A stretch of DNA of 64,000 nucleotides from Amoebophrya sp. A120 (GCA_905178155.1 CAJINV010000009.1:1-64000); one strand, 5' to 3'. Shown: positions 22,801 to 34,860, numbered from the stretch's first letter. Notes: generated by a model from the sequence alone, not told the origin. Program-made: numbers and translations.

Positions 22801-25576
22801 TGAAAAGAGGCTCCCATTCCTTCTTCCAGGTAGCGATCCTAGATCGCAGCCACGCGGAGCCACCCCCGTATTTCACCCCCAGGGGGTTGTGGACCTGGCA
22901 AAACCGATGAGTTCGGGCTGCTGACTGTTCCACCTCTTCCGAGTGCGATCATGTTACGCCTCACGCCTCAAATACAGCATCACAAATTTCGTTTTCGATA
23001 TGGGGAGGGGGGATTTTTCCTTTTGATACGTGTATGAGACGCACTACGCAACTCAAGGTATGGCAATTCAAAACGATCAGTTTTGCATTTTGCGACCCCA
23101 AAACAACGCTGTATTATTGGGGTTTTGTAATGCGAATCTGCGATCCGTCTTCTCCGCCGGTCAGATTGTCTCCTGCTTTGAAGGTGTCAATTAGATATGA
23201 TATGAAAAAAGGTCCTGACTTGAGCTAGCTACTTTAGGCATGAAGGAGGGTTAATAGTTTGCAGGTAAGTTAGATAGTAAAGCAACTGCATATTGGTGAA
23301 CGCTAGAAAGGGAGCCCATGTTGCAGACGTGGAAATCGTTGAACTTGAGCAGGAATTTGCCACTGTACAGGTCGCGGCGCCATCTCGTTTCCGAGGACGA
23401 CTGCAAAGGGAGGCCTGAAAGTGGTCCAAAATGATCATCGTTCCACGAGCTAACGGGATCGCTTTTGCAAAATTTACACAGTCGCGACTCAAGAGGTATT
23501 TTTTAACGTCTAAAAGTGGCCTCATTTGGACCATATCTTGAGTTGTATCTAAGTACAAGCCTGCGACGCATCAAAAGGACCCTTATTTGGGACGTCTCCC
23601 GGAGAGGTCTGAATTGCGGCCCTCTTGCTCTATTTGCGCGGTATGCTCAATTCTACAAAAAAGCCAAGGCTTTTCAGCTAAGCACGGCGGTATACTGGTG
23701 CTCAGCATTCCATCTTTTCCGCCGTTAGCTCGGTACTCCTGCAAAGCACGAGCTAACTCTGGACTTGAGCGATTCCTGTGCTGTCAAGGGGTGCCCTACC
23801 TCTGGAGACGAACCAGACAGGCCTGCAACACTGATCCAAGCCGGCCTCTTTTATGATAGCACTTCAGCAGTCATGTCATTAGCTAGCTAGTTCAAATCAG
23901 GACCTTTTTTCATATCATAAAATGCATAAACCAAATCCGGCAACTGGACTTACCTTCGAACGCCGCCACTTCTGCGTCGCGAAACAGGATGGAAAATGGA
24001 TGATAAAGCTGGAGCTGCTATATAGATTGTTGAGACCGATTTTTTTGAATTGCCATACCTTGAATTGCGTAGTACATTTCATATCGTGTCTGCGTCGAAA
24101 AAAGAGCGATCGTTGACCATCCCACTGACAAAGCAGAAGGTCGTTTCTTTGTCGAAAAAAAAGCGAAATAATTTTCAACCGGGAAGACTTCTCCTGCAAC
24201 AGCGGCGAGAAAGGCATAGCGAGGATGGCCGCCGGTCGTCTTGGTCCGAAGAATATTATAACACGAAGAAACACAAGACCGCCTACTTCGGACAAATTTA
24301 CCTGGGTACCCCACCCCAAGAGTTCTCTGTTGTATTCGACACGGGGAGTGGAAACCTGATGGTCCCGGCAAAGGACTGCCACAGCAGCCCGTGTTTCTCG
24401 CATCGCCGCTATGATTCAAGACAGTCCGCCACCGCGAAAGAGATCAACTTCGACGGCACGAGCGTCTCGTCGGCCAGAAATAGCGACTCTTTTATCTTGC
24501 GAAACTACGCCGCAGAAGATGCAGATGCTGTTTTTATGGCAAAAGAAAGTAAAAATAGCCACCCCGAAGCAGTAGATCGCGACGTGCTCACGGTGACCTT
24601 TGGGACGGGTGAGATCAGTGGTGTGTTTGTGCGCGACGAGATCTGCTTGACATCGAAGGGAGCAGTCGAAGATAGAAATAATTTTTGCAGCTTTGGCAAC
24701 TTCGTCACAGCGGTCAAGGAGACCAATGAGCCGTTTGAGGACTTTGCCTTCGACGGGGTTCTGGGACTCTCTTTGCCAGAAATGAGCCAGGGTAGTGATT
24801 TCAACTTCCTGAACACGATGCTGTCGTCGGGTGGCACAAGAAATAGCGGCATGGTGTTCTCGGTGTTTCTATCGGACGATTCCGAGGCCGAACAATCGGA
24901 GATTACCTTCGGCAGTTACAAACCCGAGCACATCGCGAGCAGCGAAAAATCGCTTTTTTGGGTGCCCGTGTCGCGGCCCACGGGGTATTGGCAGGTCGAA
25001 ATGCGAGACATTGCAATAGATAGCCGAAGGCAGAACCTATGCTCGGCGTCGTCGCCATTTCTGGCAAACATACAGCTGGGCGCCGTGAACTCGAAGAACT
25101 TGCGGAGTTTCTCCGACGACCGTCACAGTTATGAGGAAGCTGCACTTGTTCCAACTACTACTTCCACTTGTCAGGTGGCGCTCGACACGGGTACGAGCCA
25201 GCTCGCGGGGCCGAGCGCGGTCGTGGAGGAGTTGCGACGGAGGCTGGACGTGAAACCCGACTGCAGCAACTACGACTCCCTGCCGACGCTGGGCTTCGTG
25301 CTTGGGGAAAGGATCCTCAACTTGGATCCGGAAGACTATGTTGAGCGGACAGGAGAAGAAAGCGGAAGTACGGTGTCATGCGATCTGTCCTTGATGACGA
25401 TCGACGTGCCCCCGCCAAACGGGCCTTTGTTTATCTTTGGGGACCCTTTCTTGCGGAAGTTCTACACAGTGTACGACAGCAACGAGCGGCGGATCGGATT
25501 CGCGGCGGCCAAGCACGCCGCGGTATCGGAAGAAAAGGCACAACGGAGCGTCATCGTGCTGCCGGAGGTGCTTTGA
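19876..25576 (+). CDS. Pepsin-family (A1) aspartic protease; pro-region split by nested introners
   Basis: FDTGSGNL and LDTGTSQL catalytic motifs, FDGVLGL, IFGDPFLRKFY. Signal-like MRLLCFLVAV in exon 1. Inferred exons 19876-20241, 20499-20528, 21441-21479 and 24089-25576 join in frame; the 20528/21441 join is the least certain. Confidence 0.8.
20242..20493. mobile_element. Introner family B (252 bp)
   Basis: TIR tatcaaaagtaaaaatgtctgggtctggaa / ttccagacccagacatttttacatttgata; TSD cagag at 20237-20241 and 20494-20498. Confidence 0.92.
20530..21434. mobile_element. Degenerate TIR element (about 0.9 kb) in a protease intron
   Basis: Left tatgtcttcaacggtcgttagcgtacagaagggtgaatttgta pairs imperfectly with right tacaaattcaccacttctcatgctaacgcgtgttaaagctcta. 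No TSD visible. Confidence 0.55.
21481..23028. mobile_element. Introner family A interrupted by a 1.2-kb insertion
   Basis: Family A TIRs; TSD cgtgt at 21476-21480 and 23029-23033. Length is 322 bp after removing the nested insert and one copy of its duplication. Confidence 0.9.
21756..22966. mobile_element. 1211-bp insertion with 15-bp target-site duplication (possibly retrotransposed)
   Basis: ctcaaatacagcatc at 21741-21755 and 22967-22981. The other family A copies carry the equivalent site only once. Confidence 0.8.
23033..24083. mobile_element. Introner family G carrying a nested TIR element
   Basis: TIR tatgagacgcactacgcaactcaaggtatggcaattcaaaa / ttttgaattgccataccttgaattgcgtagtacatttcata; TSD tcgtg at 21475-21479 and 24084-24088. 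Confidence 0.85.
23196..23919. mobile_element. TIR element H (724 bp) nested in G
   Basis: tatgatatgaaaaaaggtcctgacttgagctagcta pairs with tagctagttcaaatcaggaccttttttcatatcata. No matching TSD. Confidence 0.75.
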
Positions 25577-26225
25577 GAAGCGGAGTTCCGAATGGATTTA
25601 TTTTCTAAACAGCGAAGAAGTTGCTGCATGAATTTGAATTCATTTCTCGTGGCCGGAAAATTGTCCGGATGCGACCACCGTGTTGCAGTTGCGTAGTTTC
25701 GTTTCATTTGTATAATTGTTTGCTCATATTAAATTTCGGCTGCTCGTCGCACAGAATGCGTGCTTTTTCTTTTCCGAAGATTTTCAATCAATGGCGCGAC
25801 CAACTACTTCCACGACTCCAAGCGGCAAATACCACTGTAACTATTGCTTCTTCGACCGGGTAACTGTTCCGCACGTTGAAAAGCCCGATGCCACGCCTTT
25901 TTTTTCGACGCAAAAAAGTATGGTGCAAAAGGAAATAGCAATCTCCTATAGAAGGACACAAATACCCTCGGTCCTTGCCTAATCTGTTGCGCTTCATCTC
26001 CCCCGTCGGTGATCTCTGTGTAGTGGTCTTCTAGAAGTGATGAACGGAAAATAAACCGGAGAGGTAGACGACGAGAACCAGTTATTTTAAGGAGTCTTTA
26101 TTTTCACTCACTGGCATAAGCATGTAGAATTCAAATTTTGCCGGTTGTATGTATGCTTGTCTGCTTCTGGATGCTGTAAAATTCAATACAAAATCATTCA
26201 TCCATAAGGAAACGCTTTATCAAAT

Positions 26226-27338
26226 ATGACGCAAATCACCGCACCTCCACGGCAAGTGCAGCAGAGACCGCAGGTGGTAGAGGACAGCAGCGACAGCGAG
26301 GAAGAATTGGAATTCGACCAGGTAATAAGCCGCTGTGGGTCGACATTTTGCATCGCAAGAGAAGACCTGTTTTTGTTATGCAAGAAGCGCAACATCCATG
26401 ATGAAATTACTAACAAAAAACCGGAAATCAAGGTGAAAATCCTCGTTCTTGGCGACGGTGCCGTTGGGAAAACATCTTTGATCCAGCGTTTTGTCAATGA
26501 CCACTTTGCGCAGAGCTACAAGCAAACCATCGGGGTAGACTTTTGCACGAAGCGGCTCACCTTTGAGAAGCCGACGACCAAACAGGTGTGCCTGCAGATA
26601 TGGGACATCGGCGGGCAGAGCATCGGGGGCAAGATGATCCAGAGCTACTTGCACAAGGCGGACGCAGTGCTCCTTTGCTACGACATCACCTCTTTCCAGT
26701 CGTTTGAGAACCTGAAGGATTGGCTCAGCCTCGTGAAGCAGCACTGCAACGCCGGCAGCAGCGAAACACCAGACGTGAACGACAACTTTCCTCACCTAGT
26801 GCTGGTGGGAACCAAGGCCGACTTGCAGCACTTGCGCGCGGTGAAGGCAATACGGCATACCCAGTTTTGCGAAGTCGAAAGGATGAAGTACTTGCTGTGT
26901 AGTTTTTTGCTGACTTCGAGTTTTGACGTGCTCATTCCGTCTTTATTTTGTCCCTGTTCCTTTACGTTGGGTTTTGCGTTTTCCCTAAATCTAACACTGG
27001 AGAAAGAACTAACCAACGAGATCAGGAATTGTCGCAACTTGTTCTCACTTCGTATTAGCCAACATGATTTTCGGTCCACTCCATGGATGTCACAATAAAT
27101 GCTCAGGTCCGCGCACTTTGTGAGCAGCAAGCTTTCGGAGGGCGTTGACACGATGTTTTACAAAGTGGCCGCGGACTTGATTGGCATTTCGTTGACGCAG
27201 GCACAAGAGTCCGCTTACCAAAAGCCGGTCGTCGCCGAGATCATCGACCACCCCCGAAACGACCCAGCGCTGCCGGTCATCAACGCGACGCACAAGGGCG
27301 CCCGCTCCGAAAGTAAGAAGAAATGCGCAATCATGTAG
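26226..27338 (+). CDS. RAB28: Rab28-like small GTPase
   Basis: GDGAVGKT, WDIGGQSIGGKMI, acidic SDSEEE N-terminus, C-terminal CAIM CaaX box. GT-AG introns 26322-26432 (with tactaac branch site) and 26888-27106. Confidence 0.85.
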
Positions 27339-28664
27339 GGGACATACATTGATTCATCTTCGAGCAGAACCCACGACGGACTCGGCGGCCGTGGGTCATT
27401 GCGTCGACGTGTCTTTTCGGAAGTTTTTGGTCGTTTCTGATCCTGTCGCAACGCTCGCTCCGCCTCTTGCGCCCGCCAGAGACAGCGAGGAGGCCCGACA
27501 AGGGGAAGCAGCCGCAAACGATGAGCACCGGGATCTTGGTATTCAAGTCGACTGCATCTTCAAACTGCGCGTCTGCGTTTCTCATCAATTTGGTTTCTGC
27601 CTGCGCGTCTGAGTTGCGGTTTTGGCCGCACCATTCACTGCTGCGCCGCTCGCTTGGATGGTCTTTCTAGCGGAGCTTGTTTCATAGCTGCGGAGCGCCC
27701 ACGGTATGCGAAGTGGTTGCGTCGCACCTCCTCTAAAGCGGTCGCAAGTAGCTAGAGAGCTCCTGCAGAGGCACGCGCTGCATGTACGATCATTCCAAAA
27801 GGCTTTGCAACCTTGCGCAAATCAAGAAAGTTTCTCATTGCTAGTCATTCGAGTCGTTTTTTCGGCGGTGCGTCCAAAGAAAACGGCGCCAGCGATCATA
27901 CAGGACACCTCTGTCGGCGCGAGGCAAGGCAACGGAGTGTTGGATGAAATTGAGATCATTGTCGGTTTTTTTCTCCTGCGTCAGCACACTCGGTTCGTGC
28001 TAACCATGATGTATGAAGCTCATCTTATTGTCATTTGCCGCCCCGCGAAGTACGAAAACTTCGTCTAGCAATCACGCTATAGAACACCGTGCAAGATCGT
28101 GTACAGCGAGCACACCATCGTCGAAAATCGTACGTCCACAGGTCGCACCAGTAGGTGACTCGTACAGGAACGAAATGCAAAGGACCTTTTCTGAGATTGA
28201 AACGATTCACTCGGTTGCTATCGTTTTATATTTTCGCAACAATTGATCACTGTCGGTTGCACGTGGTTAGTGATTGCTTCCACGACTCCGAGTCGAATTT
28301 CCATCGGTGCCGTGTTTTTTTCCGTTCGTGCTCGTGCTGCGCACAACTCTTGTCGGAACTAGCTAGTACAGGTCGTGCATTCTGATATTCCGGCGCCATT
28401 AACGTTATTTGTAACACTTCTGCTACGGTTTTGCGACACAATTTCAGGTACAGGACAGACCCGTATTTGCAAAACTCATTATCGAGTAAGAAAGTCGTGA
28501 CTCACCCCCCCGCCTCCCCCAGTTTTACAATGCTCTTGTGTAGTTGACCGCAAAGAGCATATTATTTAATTCCGAAACTGTTTATTGCTGTTTCACGGCG
28601 GTGGACCACGATTGAGGCTTGTTCGACTGTACTCATTTCCCTTTCCCCGCTCTAGTAAGGAAAA

Positions 28665-31600
28665 ATGACGTCCCCACGACTACAACCACATTCCCTCCGT
28701 GCCGCCGCGGCCTTCTTTCTCCTCCACCTCGGAGCTACTAGGTTCGTGGCTGCGCAAGGGACGTCCACGGTCCGACTCAGCTTCGTATGTCCCTACAGAG
28801 AGGAGCCGGAATGTTGTCCGGTGTGGGCGGGGATCGCCGCGATCGCGGCCAAGCACGTGAACGAGCGGAACGGGTACGTGATCCCGGAAGTCGCCACCAG
28901 CTTCCGGGCCACCCTCTCGCCCGGCACTGCTATGAAATGTAAAAGTGTCTGGGTCTGGAAGAATGCAAGTTTGTCATGCTTGTCTGGCACGACTCGGGAA
29001 TCTGTGTTGCATAGGCACGAAAAAGCCTTCTTACCTGTCATGCAAAAACGCAGTTTGCCATGCGGAATACGTAAGGCATGGCAGCCAAAAAATTTGTCAT
29101 GCATAGCTGCGTATTGCAGTGCGTCTATCATTCATTTTTAGCATCACAAGTTTCCAGACCCAGACACTTTTACATTTGATAACTGCGAACGTGACGCAAG
29201 TGGCCCTGGCCGCTCAGGACCTGTCGCACTACCAGCCCCCGGCGAGCACGAGCTCCGCGACCATCACGTCTAACACGCCCCCGCTCACCGGGCTGACGCG
29301 CAACACACTGCTACCCGAGCTGTCCGCGGCTTACAACCTGGTGAAGGCGAGCCAAACCTCAGCCAACCCGGCGCACGGGTACCTGACCGCGTGGAGCGAC
29401 GACGACGTGTCAAACGCGCACAGCTACTTTTTAGAGAACGACGGTGCGAACGTGCCGCTCATCGCGGTCGGGGAAAAGCAGACCAGCGCGCGGTACATCA
29501 CCGACACCTACCCGAAGACGACGACCAACGCCTACCCGAACTTGTTCGGCATGCACCCGAACGACGGGCACGCCATCGAGCAGCTTGCGGAGGTGTTCGT
29601 GAACCAGTTTGGCTGGAGGCACTTCGCGGTGATCACCGAAGCGCCCCTGAGCACGACCTGGAGCCATCCGCTGAAGCAGCGGTTCGAAGATAAGGTGTGG
29701 GAGCTGCTGGGCCCGCTCACGGGGGGCAGCAAGCTGAACCAGGGGAAGCACCAGGGGATCGTCGAGCACCACATAGTGCTTCTAAGGGAGTCCGTCTTCG
29801 TCAGCACCGACGGGTCCGGGACGCTGCGCACGGCCGCGGACCTAGCGACGCTGGACACGTGGGCGGAGACCGTCGCGAACTTGCGGCGCAACACCCCGCG
29901 CGTGGTGATCTACGTCACGCGCGTTGCCGCGCACCTGGAGGCCATGATGACCGCCGCGGAGAGCGCCGGTATGGCGGGCCCGCTGTCCGCCGACTGGACG
30001 TGGGTGGTGCCCTCGGTGCTGGCCCTGGGCGGCAAGGGGCTGGTGAACAAGCGCCGCGCGTGGTTCACGGGGTACGCCAACGGCGTGTGGAGCATCATGG
30101 AGGACAACGCGGAGCACTCGTTTGGCACCGGGCCGCCCCAGCCAGGCTCGTCGGGGGCGAAGCTGCACTGGTTGCTGGAACAGGAGTGGAAGCGGGAGAT
30201 GGCGAGCGGCCCCTTGCCCACCGCCGAGCAAGTGCTCGGGCTGGCCGATTCGACCACGCAGAAGCACGGCGGCAGCGCGGCCATGGCAGTAGAGCTGCGG
30301 CAGGCGATCCCCGACCACTGCCAGACCACGGCGCCCTTCGTGTACGACGGGGTGGTCGCCGCCGCGTTCGGGTGGGACCGGTTCGCGAACGACGCGGCGG
30401 TGACCTCCTTCGCGGAGGGTCTTGCCGGTAGCCCCGCGGACCCGCTGAAGTTCACGGGGCTGACGGGACCGGTGAACCAAGTCGGCGAGATTGTGAACAA
30501 CACGGTCACCTCCTGGCCCACCCGCAACCCGGAGGGGCTGCGGTACTCTTTGCTGCGCGCCCAGGAGACCGGGCTGAACAAGCTCACCCCGAACGGGTTC
30601 ACCAACTCGAGCGAGGTCACGGTTGCCGGCGTCACCGCGCAGCTGAGGCCGACGGGCTTCAAAGTGCCGACCTCCTTCGCCGAGGGGGCGTGCTACCGCG
30701 ACAACGTGAGGTGCGGGAGTTTCGGCTTCTGCCAGGACGACGGGACCGGGGTCGGGTATCCGGACGGCCACTGCGTGTGCGAAACCGCGACCTACGTGGG
30801 CCAGCGGTGCGACATCTACACCAGCGTGACGTTCTCGTCCAAGAGCGGCCCGAGAGAGAAGCCGCCGCAGACCGGCGCCTCGTCCTCCCCGGCCGCTAGT
30901 ACCGCGGGCGCCTTCAAGCAGAAGCCCGTAACCCGGGCGCCGACCTTCGCGCGCGTGCAGTGGAGCAATTTCCGCGAGTACGCGGAAACGACGTTCACCG
31001 CGGTGCTGCAGATCGAGTAGGTGTTCCTGGACAAGCGCACGCGGGTATCGGACGGTGGCTATAACACGGAGGCCGTGAACGCCTTAGAGTCCTACGCGAG
31101 CATCAGCGCGGGGTACCTGCTGAGTACAACCGAGGAGCAGATGATCCCGCACGCCAGCATCTGGCTCCCCCGGGGCGCGGGGATGCCGCCCTGCGCGTCC
31201 GTGTCGGAGGGGTCGACCAAGTCGGTGGAGGTCAAGTACCCCTTCGTCTACTGGAGCTACCAGATCGAGGGCAAGGGCTGCACGGTGAGCTCCGAGTGGG
31301 ACTGGTACCCCTTCGACCAGCAGCAGATCGACGTGACCGCGCGGCCGAACGGCGACATCGAGTGGCTGTTCGACTACACCGAGTTCACGTGGCGGATCTA
31401 CGCCCTGTACGGCCCCTGGTCCGCGAAGTTCGGCATCGCCAGCGTCAGCTTCAACACCCACGACGAGGTGAAAGCCGCCCTGCTCGGGATCAAGGCGCTC
31501 AACGAGTCGCACGCGGAAGCCGCGGCGCAGAAGTACCCGGGGATCAGCCAGGCCACGCTGGACAGCAACTGGCAGCGGTCCTGGCCGGTGGTGTCGGCCG

Positions 31601-33055
31601 CGGTGACCCCCAATTACGACGAGAACGTGGTCGTACTCACCGCCACGGTGGAGCGCGACAGCGAGCTGTTTGCCTACCGGCTCTTCCTCCCGTGCGTGCT
31701 TCTCGGTCTCTTCGCGTTCAGCACCTTCATCGTCACCCCCGACAAGATGGTGCCGCGCTTCATGTCGGGGTTCCTCGCGTTTCTGGCCCTGCAGGCCTTC
31801 CGCAAGGGCGCCACCGACGACGCCCCGGACACGCTGACCAAGTTGTCGTACCTGGACGCGCTGCTGATGTATCTCACGTTGCACATGAGCAGCTGCATGC
31901 TGAACGTGATCATGGGGGAGGTCATCTTCCAGATCTACGGCCCCCTGGTCGTCCGGGATTTGGATTCCTTGTCCAAGCGCATCACGCCCGGGTGCTTCTT
32001 CTGCGGGATGATGACGGCGATTCTGTGCATCGGGGCGGACAACACGCTGGGGCTGTCGAGCATCGACACGCTGTTCGTGATTCTCACCTTCTTCGCCTCC
32101 ACGCCCGTTTGCTCCTGGTTTTGCTGGTACTTCATCGTGGTTAGCAACGGCGAGCACTTTTACCTCTACAACTGCATGCGGAGAGCGCAGTACGACCCGG
32201 CGGCGCCGTGCGTGCTGCAGGACAAGGAGCTCAGTGCGCTGTTCCGCTGGATCGGCTACCGCTACGGGTTTGCGCACGAAGACAAAGACGAACCGGACGA
32301 GGCGGACGACCACCTGCTGCGCGTGGACGACGTGGCGCGGTTCGTCGTGGACACCGTGAAGGGGGAGCTGGAAATGAAAATGTGCGTCCTGCTGATCGTG
32401 TTGATCCACGAAGAGGTGGACGAGAACAAGGACGGGAAGGTGGACGTGGCGGAGTTCAAGCGGTTGTTTCCCTTCGTGATTCACGGCGTGGCGAAGGGCA
32501 GCTGCGACCTGAAGGCCCGGTCGAGACTCTACCTGTTGCGGTTCTACTTGATGCGCATGCTGCTCGGCTACAAGCCCGTGCAGTACATCCGGAGCAGCAC
32601 GTACGGGGGCAAGCTGGTGCGCATGGCGAGTAGCGGAGGCTTCCAGATCGGCATCATCCGGGAGGATAGCGGTGCTGTGGTGTCCCCCTCCGAGGTGGTG
32701 AAGGCGGACGGACATCAGTAATCCGGTCGCGACATCATCAGAGGGGCTCCGGCACCGCACCTCGACGGTACTGTTCAACGCGGAGAAGGGGGGACGGGAG
32801 AAGGCAAAACTGTTCGTGTTGGAGCACCCTACCGGCGCGGACCCCATCGAGGAGTGTCACACTATCATGCGGGACCGACGGCTGGCGCGGCGGGCCTCGG
32901 CGACCTCGAGTAGCTTGCAAAACCCGGCGCGACCACAGGCCTCGCCGATGCAGGAGAGAGCCAGGAAAGACGAGGAGCGAAGACTGCTGCACGCACAGAC
33001 AAAGCAAGCAGAGGACGACGACGCCGGCGATGGCGGTGGGGACGCGGCGTTTTAG
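28665..33055 (+). CDS. Multidomain pentameric ligand-gated ion channel-like protein (signal peptide, periplasmic-binding-protein-like domain, EGF, pLGIC extracellular domain, TM helices, EF-hand)
   Basis: NQFGWRHFAVI; C-x5-C...CVC...GQRC; WDWYPFDQQ; hydrophobic helices with YRLFLPC; DENKDGKVDVAEF. Interrupted by introner 28931-29186 and an in-frame TAG at 31018. Ends at 32721, or at 33055 if the +1 shift near 32710 is corrected. Confidence 0.7.
28931..29181. mobile_element. Introner family B (251 bp), opposite orientation to the 20242 copy
   Basis: Family B TIRs; TSD actgc at 28926-28930 and 29182-29186; join reads SPGT|ANVTQ. Confidence 0.92.
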
Positions 33056-34056
33056 GTTTCTTGTTTGATGATAATGTAATCCATCATGTTGTCAGAGTCA
33101 GACCAAACCCCGGTCTAGCACTAGCTGTTTCGACTGATTTCTTCGATCTCGTTGGGATATTGCGCATCGGATAGATCTGTCTTCATTTTGACGCCGGTAG
33201 AAATCAAGAATGTTCATCGCATCAAAATGTCTGTCGTACAAAATACGAATTCGGAACAATTGATTTATCGAGCGGTGCATGATTGTTCGTGAAATCACCA
33301 CACTCAGACGACGAGAGCGAGATCACGCAACTCTTGCGTGATGATGAGATCCGGATCATGGAAAAAAAAGAACCTGTGGATCCCAATGCGTGATCGAGCC
33401 TCGGTCCATGTACCTGTCCAGAAAAATTTGTGCTGGTTGTGAGGACAACACTCCTGCTAATAGGATCGATTGCAAAAATCAAAAAGTGTGAGAACTTGAT
33501 CTGGAAATTCCAAGGCGCAAGATCAGAAGGTCCTTTTGGGTATGGAGTCGGTTAAAATCAATCTCTTCGGTTTTGATGTGCTAAAAATCCTACTTGCAAC
33601 TTGCTGTACTGGAACTGATCGTTGGGACATATCGGCCAAAGAAGGATTTCGTATCTGAATACGGCGGGGATGATCGATTCTTTCCTCATATTTCGCCGTG
33701 ACCTTTCGGATTGCTGTGAAGCGAAGTAGCACACCTGTATAATGGTGCAATTATGATTCAGCCTAGCAGGGGTTATCGTAATTCCGAAGAGCAACTGCAA
33801 AACGGTTTTTGGTGTTGTATATCAAGTTTTGATTGCATAAATATCGAAGGGGCAGCATTTGTTTAAAGCTATTTCTGCAAAATAAGAAGATAGACGTACC
33901 TTTTTATCTCTTTGCTGTTGTTTGTTGTTATCATAGCGACAGTATCTCTATTCTCTCTATCTTCACAATTCTCAACTCGAAGTACTTCCGTTTTCATCAA
34001 TCCACCACCGACCTCTACACCAACCTGAGACCGCACGAACTATCACCTGCAACCTG

Positions 34057-34860
34057 ATGGCAGCAACTACCATGCGGGCAAGGTCGTCCGGTGGCATTTC
34101 ACCGGGGCCGCGCTTGATGTCAATGTTCTCGCTTGTTGCCACGTTGCTCGCGAAGGCGAGTTTCGTCCTGGACACCGGGAGTGGGAGCCTGGTTGCCGCT
34201 CTAAGCATTAAGGCTGTGAGGAGCAGGGAGGAACGGTTCCCGACACCACCTCCATCCCCTAGAAACAAGTTAGACTTAGAGCGATGTTTGAAAGAGTTGA
34301 AGGCGGGTTGGAGGTACGACAACTTCAAGAAGAAACATGGCGATGTGAGTCTCAGCAACATGGATAAGGAAGCGTTCAAGGAAATGATTGAGTTTCTGCA
34401 AGACGAGGAGCGTGATACCCGCGGGAAACAGAGATGGACGGACTCGGAAGTAGACGAGTTGGACAAGCAACGCAAACATGGACAAAACAACGGCAGTGCC
34501 ACCAGTGCGGGACCGAAAGAGCGTCGTCGGAGCAAGAGTCCGTTAGCTCGTCGCGTCGGGGAAGGCACAGCCGATAGGCCACCGGCGGAACTGCAGGTGA
34601 AACGGGCAGAGGCCAGTGCTGCTAGCGGCAGTTTGGCCACCCGCATTTCCTCCGCCGAAACGGGGCCATCCCCATCTGCAAATTCGCCGGGTAGAAGCCG
34701 TTTGGGACCGCATCCTGCTGCTTCCCGACGCCAGGCAGCCCGGCATGCGGGCAAGGAACCCTGGCATCTTATCGGCGAAGATTGGGAAGACGATTGTGTG
34801 TTTGTAGAACATCAACCAGATCTTTCTCGTGAAGCTGAGCGCGTGCTCCAGGGAAGATGA
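34057..34860 (+). CDS. Hypothetical protein with hydrophobic N-terminal segment
   Basis: 267-aa ATG-initiated ORF on the same strand as its neighbours. Confidence 0.55.
   Translation: MAATTMRARSSGGISPGPRLMSMFSLVATLLAKASFVLDTGSGSLVAALSIKAVRSREERFPTPPPSPRNKLDLERCLKELKAGWRYDNFKKKHGDVSLSNMDKEAFKEMIEFLQDEERDTRGKQRWTDSEVDELDKQRKHGQNNGSATSAGPKERRRSKSPLARRVGEGTADRPPAELQVKRAEASAASGSLATRISSAETGPSPSANSPGRSRLGPHPAASRRQAARHAGKEPWHLIGEDWEDDCVFVEHQPDLSREAERVLQGR

Noticed and set aside
24050-24088. ORF-track starts or ends lying inside elements (also 29119, 9901-10035 and 58910-58992)
   Set aside because: These residues are translated TIR sequence, not real protein termini.
27215-28400. Possible minus-strand gene downstream of Rab28
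   Set aside because: Only short discontinuous ORFs with no recognisable motif.
31018-31020. Genome-wide reassignment of stop codons
   Set aside because: Only one internal stop seen; conserved genes have none, and TAG, TAA and TGA all terminate genes here.
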